DNA of 64,000 nucleotides from Raillietiella orientalis (taxonomy: Eukaryota). The translations under genes and the position numbers were made by a program. Under the pieces are notes generated by a model. It saw only the letters and a program-made list of their open reading frames with translations, was not told where the DNA came from and searched no databases. Location of the stretch: the NCBI GenBank assembly GCA_036172245.1, contig JAYWIR010000004.1, positions 4,836,001 to 4,900,000 of the forward strand. The letters are read 5' to 3'. This document shows positions 1-12,000 of the stretch, in pieces. Within the stretch, counting starts at the first letter, position 1; the number at the start of each line of letters is the position of its first letter.

Positions 1-1
1 G

Positions 2-3000
2 CCGGCGCGGCCTGACACGGTCCTGGCTCCCAAGTCGCTGACTCTGCCGAGCAGGCGCCTTCCCCGAGGCCAGTGGGAAGGCGGGACTCTGCGGAGCGAG
101 GCGCACGGTTCTGGCCCTGCCTCCAAGGGGGCCGGAGCGAGCCCTTCCGCGCGCTCAGCGGAAGCCCGCGTGCGGCCCCGTGCCCCTTCCTCCTCCTCCT
201 CTTCTCCCCCGGACGGACAGCCGACTCCCTCGATCAAGAGAGAGGAGGAGCAGCAGTGCGTCAGCACCAGGCCGCCAGAGGGCGACGCGGCAGCAGAAGG
301 TCCTGGCGCGTCCCGGAGCAAGAAGGGAGCGCGCGCCGACGATTCCATTTCCGATTTGAGAAGCTCGAGGACGAAAATGCCCCACTTCAGCTTTTCAAAA
401 GTGAAGACGGATCCGAAGACTCGAATCGGCGGACGGGACGCCGCGATCGTTTCCCCGGAAAGTGGCGAACCCTCCGCAAAGCGGGAGGAGAGCACTCCCG
501 TTCGGGAGGCGCTCGCGAACGACACTTCAGGAGCTCAGGTTCTCTCCGAGGCGGACGAAGAAGCCGGGAGCGACAGGGAGTCCGCGTCCACTCCCCGAAA
601 CGCATCCGGAAAGCGGAAGAAGTTCCACTTCCCACGCATCGGGTTCCCCGACTTCGGCGCGCATGGCAGCAGCGCACCTCCGAGCGACCTGTCGCCCGAA
701 GCAACCGCCGGAGGATGCTCCGCGGCACCCAAGCACGGAGGGAACCCCGGCGCGGAGCGGGACTTCCCAGGAGCCGCAACCCAGCAAGGAGGAGGAGGAG
801 GAGGAGGTTCCGGAGCGGGCGTTTCCCTCGTCGCCAGCCCGACGAGTCCCGGGGTCAACGCCTGCGGCGACGCCCCGCATGCGGACCGGCGACCGGAGCA
901 CGCCAGCCACGCACAGGATTACCCCGAGCGTCTTCCCCAGGTCCATCCGCCCGACGCTTCCCGTCGAACACAAGCGAGCAGGGAACACGTCATTATTCTG
1001 CACGAAAGGGAGACAGGCGACCCCCGAACCGGCGTCACGGCTGGCACCCCCGCTTTTCGTGCTTCCCGAACGAAGTCTCGGACTCCCTCAAAGCCCGGGA
1101 TGAGGGATGCCGCCCGACAAGCCGGAAACGCTGCTGTGGCCTTTGATTCGACTCGACCCGACGACGCTCCCCGCGGTGGCGACGTTGCGGCAGCAAAGGA
1201 ACGGCGCGGCCCGTCAGAAGATGAAGAACCGCATCCTTCGTCGGAGAATGAAGAGGCGGAAGATGTTGTGTGTGGTGCCAAGAAGACCCCGAGAATCAAA
1301 ACGCCTCATGTTGGCTTTCCTAAGATCAGGATACACACAAGAGTTCCTGAGCGCCAGCAGGCGCTTGCGGTCCAGAAGCAAACCACCCCCAGCGAGGCTT
1401 CGGCTGCTCGAGAGGACGACTCGCCGGGAACCCTGCAGGGTAAGATGACTAGACCTAAATGCCAAACGCAACTCCACATCACCCTGTCCTTGCAGCGAAC
1501 GCCGAAGCCGGTTTCTCCACCGACGAAGACAGTCGGCACGCGGAAGACTCAGTCTCGCCAGCCACGGGGCAGCACAGGAAGAAGAAATTCCACTTCCCGA
1601 ACATCAGCTTCCCTCATTTCGGGGCGACGGGTCACCCGACTCCAGAGAAAGACGACGACGCAGTTGATAAGACGACCTCTCCTGATGTCTCTGAAGAAAC
1701 GGACGTTCATTCACCAGAGGATAACCAACGAGAACATTCAAAGCTGCCCAGGGCGTCAACTCCCGAGCTCGAGACGGGACACGGTTCCTTTGCCGATGGT
1801 GACGAAGCTGACAAGCAGAAGGAAAAGTCCTTCACGATACCCCGCTTCGGTCTGCCCCACATTTCTTTGCCGATGTGGAAGAGCAAGAAAGGCATCGAGG
1901 AGAACTCGGTCTCTGCCGCCGCCTCCGTGTCTCTGCCGACAGGGAAAGAAGTTGACGTGGACGCCACAGCACCCAGGTTGGAAGGAAGTGCCGTATCTGC
2001 AGAAGTCCACCCCACGAATGTCGAAGACCCTGACATCTCAGCTTTTCCACACGGAACCGACGCAGGAAGACCCCAGGGAGGAGCAGCTCTTGTCGCAAAG
2101 CACTCCTTCAAAAAGGAAAAAAGAAAGCATTTCACCTTGCCACGTTTTGGGTTTGGCGACATCGGCATCACCGCGGAAACGAAAAAAAAGACCTCGGCAT
2201 CCTCTGAAGATGTCAAAGGGGATTCTGTGAATGGCGCTTACCATTCGAGCGAACATCCTGATATTTCCCTTGCCCACCCATCCAAAGCTCAGAACAAGCT
2301 TGATCATTCCATGGAGTTTAAGGACACCAGTCCAAGCCCGCACGAAAACAAGAAAGCCCTCAAGATAAAAATGCCTCATATCATTCCAAAAATCAAGATG
2401 CACGCTAACCTTGCCGAAGAAAAACAATTCCCGTCTCAAAAACAATCAGTCACTACCGACAAACCAAAATCTCTTGCAACGCTATCAATGGAACAGTTGC
2501 AGGATCATCAAGGAGGTGCTCCCACAGAGGATGCTCCCTTAGACGAAAGTGACATTGGGCTGAATGTCGAAATCGACTTCTCATCTGACGAAGATACCAC
2601 AAAAACCGAAAGCTCCGCATCCTCTGGCACAGCCAAGAGAAAAAGGAAAAAGTTCCATTTACCGCATATAGGTTTCCCCCATTTCAACTTAAGCACTCGT
2701 GAATCAACAGGAACACAAGACGAAGCAACCAAACCCGACAAAACTGCTGACACCACCGTTCTTAAAGAAATTAACAACCTTCAACCTTCCCCAGACAAAG
2801 AACTGCACGATGCAAACAAGGCGAAGCAATCAAATCAGGACTCACAAGCATCCTTCCTGGACTCCTCCAGCACATCTACAAAAAAAACACATAAGCAGAA
2901 GTCACTCACGTTACCCCGAATCGGCATTACAAATATTTCAATACCAAGTTGGAAACTCAGGAAACGGCAAGACAATGACAAAAGCAACACAGACGACAAC

Positions 3001-6000
3001 GGAACGTTATCTCAAGAGATGGATAGCAAAGTACAACTTGATCCACAAAGTCAACACAGCACAGAACTTTCTCTAGAGGTACAACTACCACAAGCCAAAA
3101 ATATGGAAGACAACAACACAGAAACCCAGGACCCTGAAATTACTCTCAGACAAACAGACAATGCCAAGAGACCTTCGTTCAAGAAACAGAAGAAAAAGCA
3201 CTTCAAGTTCCCCCATTTCGGTTTTGGAGACACCACCGCCACCGTGGAACCCGGGAGCATCAGTTTGCCCTCAGCTCAAGTAACAGCAGAGGTTGATACG
3301 ATTAACCTCAGCGGCTCCTTGCAAGGTCCCGATGTGTCCATCGATGCAATCAGTCCCACTCAAGAGGATGCTGTCAAGCAGCCTCAGAATGAAACCGGAG
3401 CTGACGTAGATGTCGACGAATCGGTAGAAAGTCCTCACAAGTCGAAAAAAACCCTGAAAATCAAGATGCCTCACTTTGGCTTGCCAAAAATGAAGTTGAA
3501 CACCAGCGTTGCTGAAGACAAGGAGCCGGTGTCCCTTCAGCAGGAAACAGCCATCTCACCCCCTTCAGTTCAGGCTGAGATTTCGTTGAGCAAACCTGAA
3601 GGAGAGATCCAATTGCCAGCGATTTCTGCTCCTAATCTGGATACATCCCTTGGTGTCACTGTGGAAGGTGGAATTACTGTGGATGACCACCAAGCTAACG
3701 CGGATGGATCAGCACCTCCATCCCTCGACCACCATAAGGGCAAAAAATTCCATTTACCACACATCGGCTTCCCCCATCTCAGTTTCAGTGCTCGGGAATC
3801 CGAAGCAAAAGGTGAAGAGAAAGACTCAGTTCTTATCAATGAAGGTGCTTCCTTGGATATACCTAACAAGAATGTATCCTTGGAGGTGAAACTTCCAGCG
3901 GTTGACGATATTGAGATTTCCAAACCTTCCGTCGAATACAGCGTCCAAGCAAATGCAGGTGTTGCTCTTCCTGAAGACCCTACTTCAGCATCTCACAAGA
4001 ACGGAAGCAAATCGTTCACGTTACCACACTTTGGCTTACCTCACGTCTCCCTTCCTACGTGGAAAGGCAAGAAACACGAACCCTCCACCGAGGATGCTTC
4101 TCTAGAAGTCAGAATAGAGTCACCCACCGTACCGGACGTAAACATCGATGTCAAAGCGCCCAAGGTCGACGTCGAAGGTCTGACTGCCGAAGTTCAACTG
4201 CCCAGCGTCGACAAGGTACAAGTAGACATTCCTGGAAGCACAGTCCACGTGGATGGTGGCATTGAGGAAGCTGCTGGTGTAAAGAAACCTTCGTTCAAGA
4301 AACAGAAGAAAAAGCACTTCAAGTTCCCCCATTTCGGTTTTGGAGACACCACCGCCACCGTGGAACCCGGGAGCATCAGTTTGCCCTCAGCTCAAGTAAC
4401 AGCAGAGGTTGATACGATTAACCTCAGCGGCTCCTTGCAAGGTCCCGATGTGTCCATCGATGCAATCAGTCCCACTCAAGAGGACGCAGTCAAGCAACCT
4501 CAGAAGGAAACCGGAGCTGACCTAGATGTCGATGAATCGCTACAAAGTCCTCACAAGACGAAACAATCCTTGAAAATCAAGATGCCTCACTTTGGCTTGC
4601 CAAAAATGAAGTTGAACACCAGCGTTGCTGAAGACAAGGAGCCGGTGTCCCTTCAGCAGGAAACAGCCATCTCACCCCCTTCAGTTCAGGCTGAGATTTC
4701 GTTGTGCAAACCTGAAGGAGAGATCCAATTGCCAGCGATTTCTGCTCCCAATCTAGACACATCCCTTGGTGTCAGTGTGGAAGGAGGAATTACTGTGGAT
4801 GACCACCAAGCTAACGCGGATGGATCAGCATCCCCATCCCTCGACCACCATAAGGGCAAAAAATTCCATTTGCCACACATCGGCTTCCCTCATCTCAGTT
4901 TCAGTGCCAGGGAATCGGAAGGAAAAGGTGAAGAGAAAGACGATGGTTTTACCAAAGAAGGGGGTTCCCTGGATACACCTAACAAGAATCTCTCCTTGGA
5001 GGTGAATCTTCCAGCCGTTCACGATATTGAGATTTCCAAACCTTCCGTCGAATACAACGTCCAAACAAATGCAGATGTCCTTCTTCCTGAGGACCCTACT
5101 TCAGCATCTCACAAGAACGGAAGCAAATCGTTCACGTTACCACACTTTGGCTTACCTCACGTCTCCCTTCCTACGTGGAAAGGCAAGAAACACGAACCCT
5201 CCACCGAGGATGCTTCTCTAGAACTCAGCGTAGAGTCAGCCACCGTACCAGACGTGAACATCGATGTCAAAGCGCCCAAGGTCGACGTCCAAGGTCTGAC
5301 TGCCGAAGTTCAACTGCCCTGCGTCGACAAGGTACAAGTAGACATTCCTGGAAGCACAGTCCACGTGGATGGTGCCATTGAGGAAGCTGCTGGTGTAAAG
5401 AAACCTTCGTTCAAGAAACAGAAGAAAAAGCACTTCAAGTTCCCCCATTTCGGTTTTGGAGACACCACCGCCACCGTGGAACCCGGGAGCATCAGTTTGC
5501 CCTCAGCTCAAGTAACAGCAGAGGTTGATACGATTAACCTCAGCGGCTCCTTGCAAGGTCCCGATGTGTCCATCGATGCAATCAGTCCCACTGAAGAGGA
5601 CGCAGTCAAGCAACCTCAGAAGGAAACCGGAGCTGACGTAGATGTCGATGGATCGCTAGAAAGTCCTCACAAGACAAAAAAATCCTTGAAAATCAAGATG
5701 CCTCACTTTGGCTTGCCAAAAATGAAGTTGAACACCAGCGTTGCTGAAGACAAGGAGCCGGTGTCCCTTCAGCAGGAAACAGCCATCTCACCCCCTTCAG
5801 TTCAGGCTGAGATTTCGTTGAGCAAACCTGAAGGAGAGATCCAATTGCCAGCGATTTCTGCTCCCAATCTCGACACATCCCTTGGTGTCAGTGTGGAAGG
5901 AGGAATTACTGTGGATGACCACCATGCTAATGCGGATGGATCAGCATCTCCATCCCTCGACCACCATAAGGGCAAAAAATTCCATTTACCACACATCGGC

Positions 6001-9000
6001 TTCCCCCATCTCAGTTTCAATGCTAGGGAATCGGAAGGAAAAGGTGAAGAGGAAGACGATGGTTTTACCAAAGAAGGGGGTTCCCTGGATACACCTAACA
6101 AGAATCTCTCCTTGGAGGTGAATCTTCCAGCCGTTCACGATATCGAGATTTCCAAACCTTCCGTCGAATACAACGTCCAAACAAATGCTGATGTCGTTCT
6201 TCCTGAGGACCCTACTTTAGCATCTCACAAGAACGGAAGCAAATCGTTCACGTTACCACACTTTGGCTTACCTCACGTCTCCCTTCCTACGTGGAAAGGC
6301 AAGAAACACGAACCCTCCACCGAGGATGCTTCTCTAGAAGTCAGAATAGAGTCACCCACCGTACCGGACGTAAACATCGATGTCAAAGCGCCCAAGGTCG
6401 ACGTCGAAGGTCTGACTGCCGAAGTTCAACTGCCCAGCGTCGACAAGGTACAAGTAGACATTCCTGGAAGCACAGTCCACGTGGATGGTGGCATTGAGGA
6501 AGCTGCTGGTGTAAAGAAACCTTCGTTCAAGAAACAGAAGAAAAAGCACTTCAAGTTCCCCCATTTCGGTTTTGGAGACACCACCGCCACCGTGGAACCC
6601 GGGAGCATCAGTTTGCCCTCAGCTCAAGTAACAGCAGAGGTTGATACGATTAACCTCAGCGGCTCCTTGCAAGGTCCCGATGTGTCCATCGATGCAATCA
6701 GTCCCACTCAAGAGGATGCAGTCAAGCAGCCTCAGAATGAAACTGGAGCTGACGTAGATGTCGATGGATCGCTAGAAAGTCCTCACAAGTCGAAAAAATC
6801 CCTGAAAATCAAGATGCCTCACTTTGGCTTGCCAAAAATGAAGTTGAACACCAGCGTTGCTGAAGACAAGGAACCGGTGTCCCTTCAGCAGGAAACAGCC
6901 ATCTCACCCCCTTCAGTTCAGGCTGAGATTTCGTTGAGCAAACCTGAAGGAGAGATCCAATTGCCAGCGATTTCTGCTCCTAATCTGGACGCATCCCTTG
7001 GTGTCAGTGTGGAAGGAGGAATTACTGTGGATGACCACCAAGCTAACGCGGATGGATCAGCATCTCCATCCCTCGACCACCATAAGGGCAAAAAATTCCA
7101 TTTACCCCACATCGGCTTCCCCCATCTCAGTTTCAGTGCTCGGGAATCGGAAGGAAAGGGTGAAGAGAAAGACGCAGTTCTTATCAATGAAGGTGCTTCC
7201 TTGGATATACCTAACAAGAATGTATCCTTGGAGGTGAAACTTCCAGCGGTTGACGATATTGAGATTTCCAAACCTTCCGTCGAATACAGCGTCCATACAA
7301 ATGCAGGTGTTGCTCTTCGTGAAGACCCTACTTCAGCATCTCACAAGAACGGAAGCAAATCGTTCACGTTACCACACTTTGGCTTACCTCACGTCTCCCT
7401 TCCTACGTGGAAAGGCAAGAAACACGAACCCTCCACCGAGGATGCTTCTCTAGAAGTCAGCATAGAGTCACCCACCGTACCGGACGTAAACATCGATGTC
7501 AAAGCGCCCAAGGTCGACGTCGAAGGCTTGACTGCTGAAGTTCAATTGCCCTGCGTCGACAAGGTACAAGTGGACATTCCTGGAAGCACAGTCGACGTGG
7601 ATGGTGCCATTGAGGAAGATGCTGGTGTTAAGCGACCTTCGTTCAAGAAACAGAAGAAAAAGCACTTCAAGTTTCCCCATTTCGGTTTTGGAGACACCAC
7701 CGCCACCGTGGAACCCGGGAGCATCAGTTTGCCCTCAGCTCAAGTAACAGCAGAGGTTGATACGATTAACCTCAGCGGCTCCTTGCAAGGTCCCGATGTG
7801 TCCATCGATGCAATCAGTCCCACTCAAGAGGATGCTGTCAAGCAACGTCAGAATGAAACGGGAGCTGACGTAGATGTCGGTGGATCGCTAGAAAGTCCTC
7901 ACAAGTCGAAAAAATCCCTGAAAATCAAGATGCCTCATTTTGGCTTGCCAAAGGTGAAGTTGAACACCAGCGTTGCTGAAGACAAGGAACCGGTGTCCCT
8001 TCAGCAGGAAACAGCCATCTCACCCCCTTCAGTTCAGGCTGAGATTTCGTTGAGCAAACCTGAAGGAGAGATCCAATTGCCAGCGATTTCTGCTCCTAAT
8101 CTGGATACATCCCTTGGTGTCAGTGTGGAAGGAGGAATTACTTTGGATGACCACAAAGGTCGCGAGGATGGATCAGCATCTCCATCCCTCGACCACCATA
8201 AGGGCAAAAAATTCCATTTACCCCACATCGGCTTCCCCCATCTCAGTTTCAATGCTAGGGAATCGGAAGGAAAAGGTGAAGAGGAAGACGGTGGTTTTAC
8301 CAAAGAAGGGGGTTCCCTGGATACACCTAACAAGAATCTCTCCTTGGAGGTGAATCTTCCAGCCGTTCACGATATCGAGATTTCCAAACCTTCCGTCGAA
8401 TACAACGTCCAAACAAATGCTGATGTCGTTCTTCCTGAGGACCCTACTTTAGCATCTCACAAGAACGGAAGCAAATCGTTCACGTTACCACACTTTGGCT
8501 TACCTCACGTCTCCCTTCCTACGTGGAAAGGCAAGAAACACGAACCCTCCACCGAGGATGCTTCTCTAGAAGTCAGAATAGAGTCACCCACCGTACCGGA
8601 CGTAAACATCGATGTCAAAGCGCCCAAGGTCGACGTCGAAGGTCTGACTGCCGAAGTTCAACTGCCCAGCGTCGACAAGGTACAAGTAGACATTCCTGGA
8701 AGCACAGTCCACGTGGATGGTGGCATTGAGGAAGCTGCTGGTGTAAAGAAACCTTCGTTCAAGAAACAGAAGAAAAAGCACTTCAAGTTCCCCCATTTCG
8801 GTTTTGGAGACACCACCGCCACCGTGGAACCCGGGAGCATCAGTTTGCCCTCAGCTCAAGTAACAGCAGAGGTTGATACGATTAACCTCAGCGGCTCCTT
8901 GCAAGGTCCCGATGTGTCCATCGATGCAATCAGTCCCACTCAAGAGGATGCAGTCAAGCAGCCTCAGAATGAAACTGGAGCTGACGTAGATGTCGATGGA

Positions 9001-12000
9001 TCGCTAGAAAGTCCTCACAAGTCGAAAAAATCCCTGAAAATCAAGATGCCTCACTTTGGCTTGCCAAAAATGAAGTTGAACACCAGCGTTGCTGAAGACA
9101 AGGAACCGGTGTCCCTTCAGCAGGAAACAGCCATCTCACCCCCTTCAGTTCAGGCTGAGATTTCGTTGAGCAAACCTGAAGGAGAGATCCAATTGCCAGC
9201 GATTTCTGCTCCTAATCTGGACGCATCCCTTGGTGTCAGTGTGGAAGGAGGAATTACTGTGGATGACCACCAAGCTAACGCGGATGGATCAGCATCTCCA
9301 TCCCTCGACCACCATAAGGGCAAAAAATTCCATTTACCCCACATCGGCTTCCCCCATCTCAGTTTCAGTGCTCGGGAATCGGAAGGAAAGGGTGAAGAGA
9401 AAGACGCAGTTCTTATCAATGAAGGTGCTTCCTTGGATATACCTAACAAGAATGTATCCTTGGAGGTGAAACTTCCAGCGGTTGACGATATTGAGATTTC
9501 CAAACCTTCCGTCGAATACAGCGTCCATACAAATGCAGGTGTTGCTCTTCGTGAAGACCCTACTTCAGCATCTCACAAGAACGGAAGCAAATCGTTCACG
9601 TTACCACACTTTGGCTTACCTCACGTCTCCCTTCCTACGTGGAAAGGCAAGAAACACGAACCCTCCACCGAGGATGCTTCTCTAGAAGTCAGCATAGAGT
9701 CACCCACCGTACCGGACGTAAACATCGATGTCAAAGCGCCCAAGGTCGACGTCGAAGGCTTGACTGCTGAAGTTCAATTGCCCTGCGTCGACAAGGTACA
9801 AGTGGACATTCCTGGAAGCACAGTCGACGTGGATGGTGCCATTGAGGAAGATGCTGGTGTTAAGCGACCTTCGTTCAAGAAACAGAAGAAAAAGCACTTC
9901 AAGTTTCCCCATTTCGGTTTTGGAGACACCACCGCCACCGTGGAACCCGGGAGCATCAGTTTGCCCTCAGCTCAAGTAACAGCAGAGGTTGATACGATTA
10001 ACCTCAGCGGCTCCTTGCAAGGTCCCGATGTGTCCATCGATGCAATCAGTCCCACTCAAGAGGATGCTGTCAAGCAACGTCAGAATGAAACGGGAGCTGA
10101 CGTAGATGTCGGTGGATCGCTAGAAAGTCCTCACAAGTCGAAAAAATCCCTGAAAATCAAGATGCCTCATTTTGGCTTGCCAAAGGTGAAGTTGAACACC
10201 AGCGTTGCTGAAGACAAGGAACCGGTGTCCCTTCAGCAGGAAACAGCCATCTCACCCCCTTCAGTTCAGGCTGAGATTTCGTTGAGCAAACCTGAAGGAG
10301 AGATCCAATTGCCAGCGATTTCTGCTCCTAATCTGGATACATCCCTTGGTGTCAGTGTGGAAGGAGGAATTACTTTGGATGACCACAAAGGTCGCGAGGA
10401 TGGATCAGCATCTCCATCCCTCGACCACCATAAGGGCAAAAAATTCCATTTACCCCACATCGGCTTCCCCCATCTCAGTTTCAGTGCTCGGGAATCGGAA
10501 GGAAAGGGTGAAGAGAAAGACGCAGTTCTTATCAATGAAGGTGCTTCCTTGGATATACCTAACAAGAATGTATCCTTGGAGGTGAAACTTCCAGCGGTTG
10601 ACGATATTGAGATTTCCAAACCTTCCGTCGAATACAGCGTCCAAACAAATGCAAATGTCGCTCTTCCTGAGGACCCTACTTCAGCATCTCACAAGAACGG
10701 AAGCAAATCGTTCACGTTACCACACTTTGGCTTACCTCACGTCTCCCTTCCTACGTGGAAAGGCAAGAAACACGAACCCTCCACCGAGGATGCTTCTCTA
10801 GAAGTCAGAATAGAGTCACCCACCGTACCGGACGTAAACATCGATGTCAATGCGCCCAAGGTCGACGTCGAAGGTCTGACTGCCGAAGTTCAACTGCCCA
10901 GCGTCGACAAGGTACAAGTAGACATTCCTGGAAGCACAGTCGACGTGGATGGTGCCATTGAGGAAGATGCTGGTGTTAAGCGACCTTCGTTCAAGAAACA
11001 GAAGAAAAAGCATTTCAAGTTCCCCCATTTCGGTTTTGGAGACACCACCGCCACCGTGGAACCCGGGAGCATCAGTTTGCCCTCAGCTCAAGTAACAGCA
11101 GAGGTTGATACGATTAACCTCAGTGGCTCCTTGCAAGGTCCCGATGTGTCCATCGATGCAATCAGTCCCACTCAAGAGGACGCAGTCAAGCAGCCTCAGA
11201 AGGAATCCGGAGCTGACGTAGATGTCGATGGATCGCTAGAAAGTCCTCACAGGACGAAAAAATCCCTGAAAATCAAGATGCCTCACTTTGGCTTGCCAAA
11301 AATGAAGTTGAACACCAGCGTTGCTGAAGACAAGGAGCCGGTGTCCCTTCAGCAGGAAACAGTCATCTCAACATCTGAAATACCTGGCGAGATTTCGTTT
11401 AACAAAGTTGAAGATGATTTGGGATTTCCAGACGGCTCTGTTACTGTGAAGGACACTTCTTTTGAAGTGAATCTTGATGGTGGTATGCCATTGCATGAGA
11501 AAGGCGGTGATGTAGATGGATCTGTTTCGCCATCCGCAGTTCACCACAAGGGAATGAAGTTCCATTTTCCTCACATTCGTTTGCCTCACTTTGGTTCGAA
11601 TCGTCATGACCCTGGTGTAAAATGTGAGGAGTCTGCTGACATTGTTCTCGAGGAATCTGTTCCCGTGGAGGTGTCTGGGAAACCCCTTGCTGTGGCAGGG
11701 GTTGTGTCGGATGCTGGCGACGTGGATGCTCCGATTTCCATGGAAATCCAAGCGGGTGGAGCTTCTTTCGGTAATGCTGAGTTGAGTTTGCAGAAGGAAG
11801 GGAGCAGGTCTTTTGGTTTGGCTGATTTTTCTGTTCCTCCCAACTCTTTGTTTAATCTCATACCCAAGTGGGGCACCGAGGCACACGTGGATGTGTCTTC
11901 GGCTGCAGGGTTGCCAAGTGTTTCAGAAGTTCTGGGTGACGGTTCTATCGCCCGACTTGCCAAGGAAGGCTCTTTTGGTGTTGGAACAGTTCCTGGGAAG

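Noticed and set aside
1440..1460. Programmed -1 ribosomal frameshift, or a 13-nt GTAAG...TAG mini-intron
   Set aside because: There is no X XXY YYZ slippery heptamer, and a 13-nt excision lands in the wrong frame.
3051..11072. Dozens of recurring 60-117 aa antisense and alternate-frame ORFs
   Set aside because: They are shadows of the 1116-bp coding repeat and recur only because the unit recurs.
3172..11370. Array read as CRISPR, satellite or transposon
   Set aside because: It has no repeat-spacer structure and no mobile-element domains. The unit is a multiple of three, stop-free and inside one ORF.
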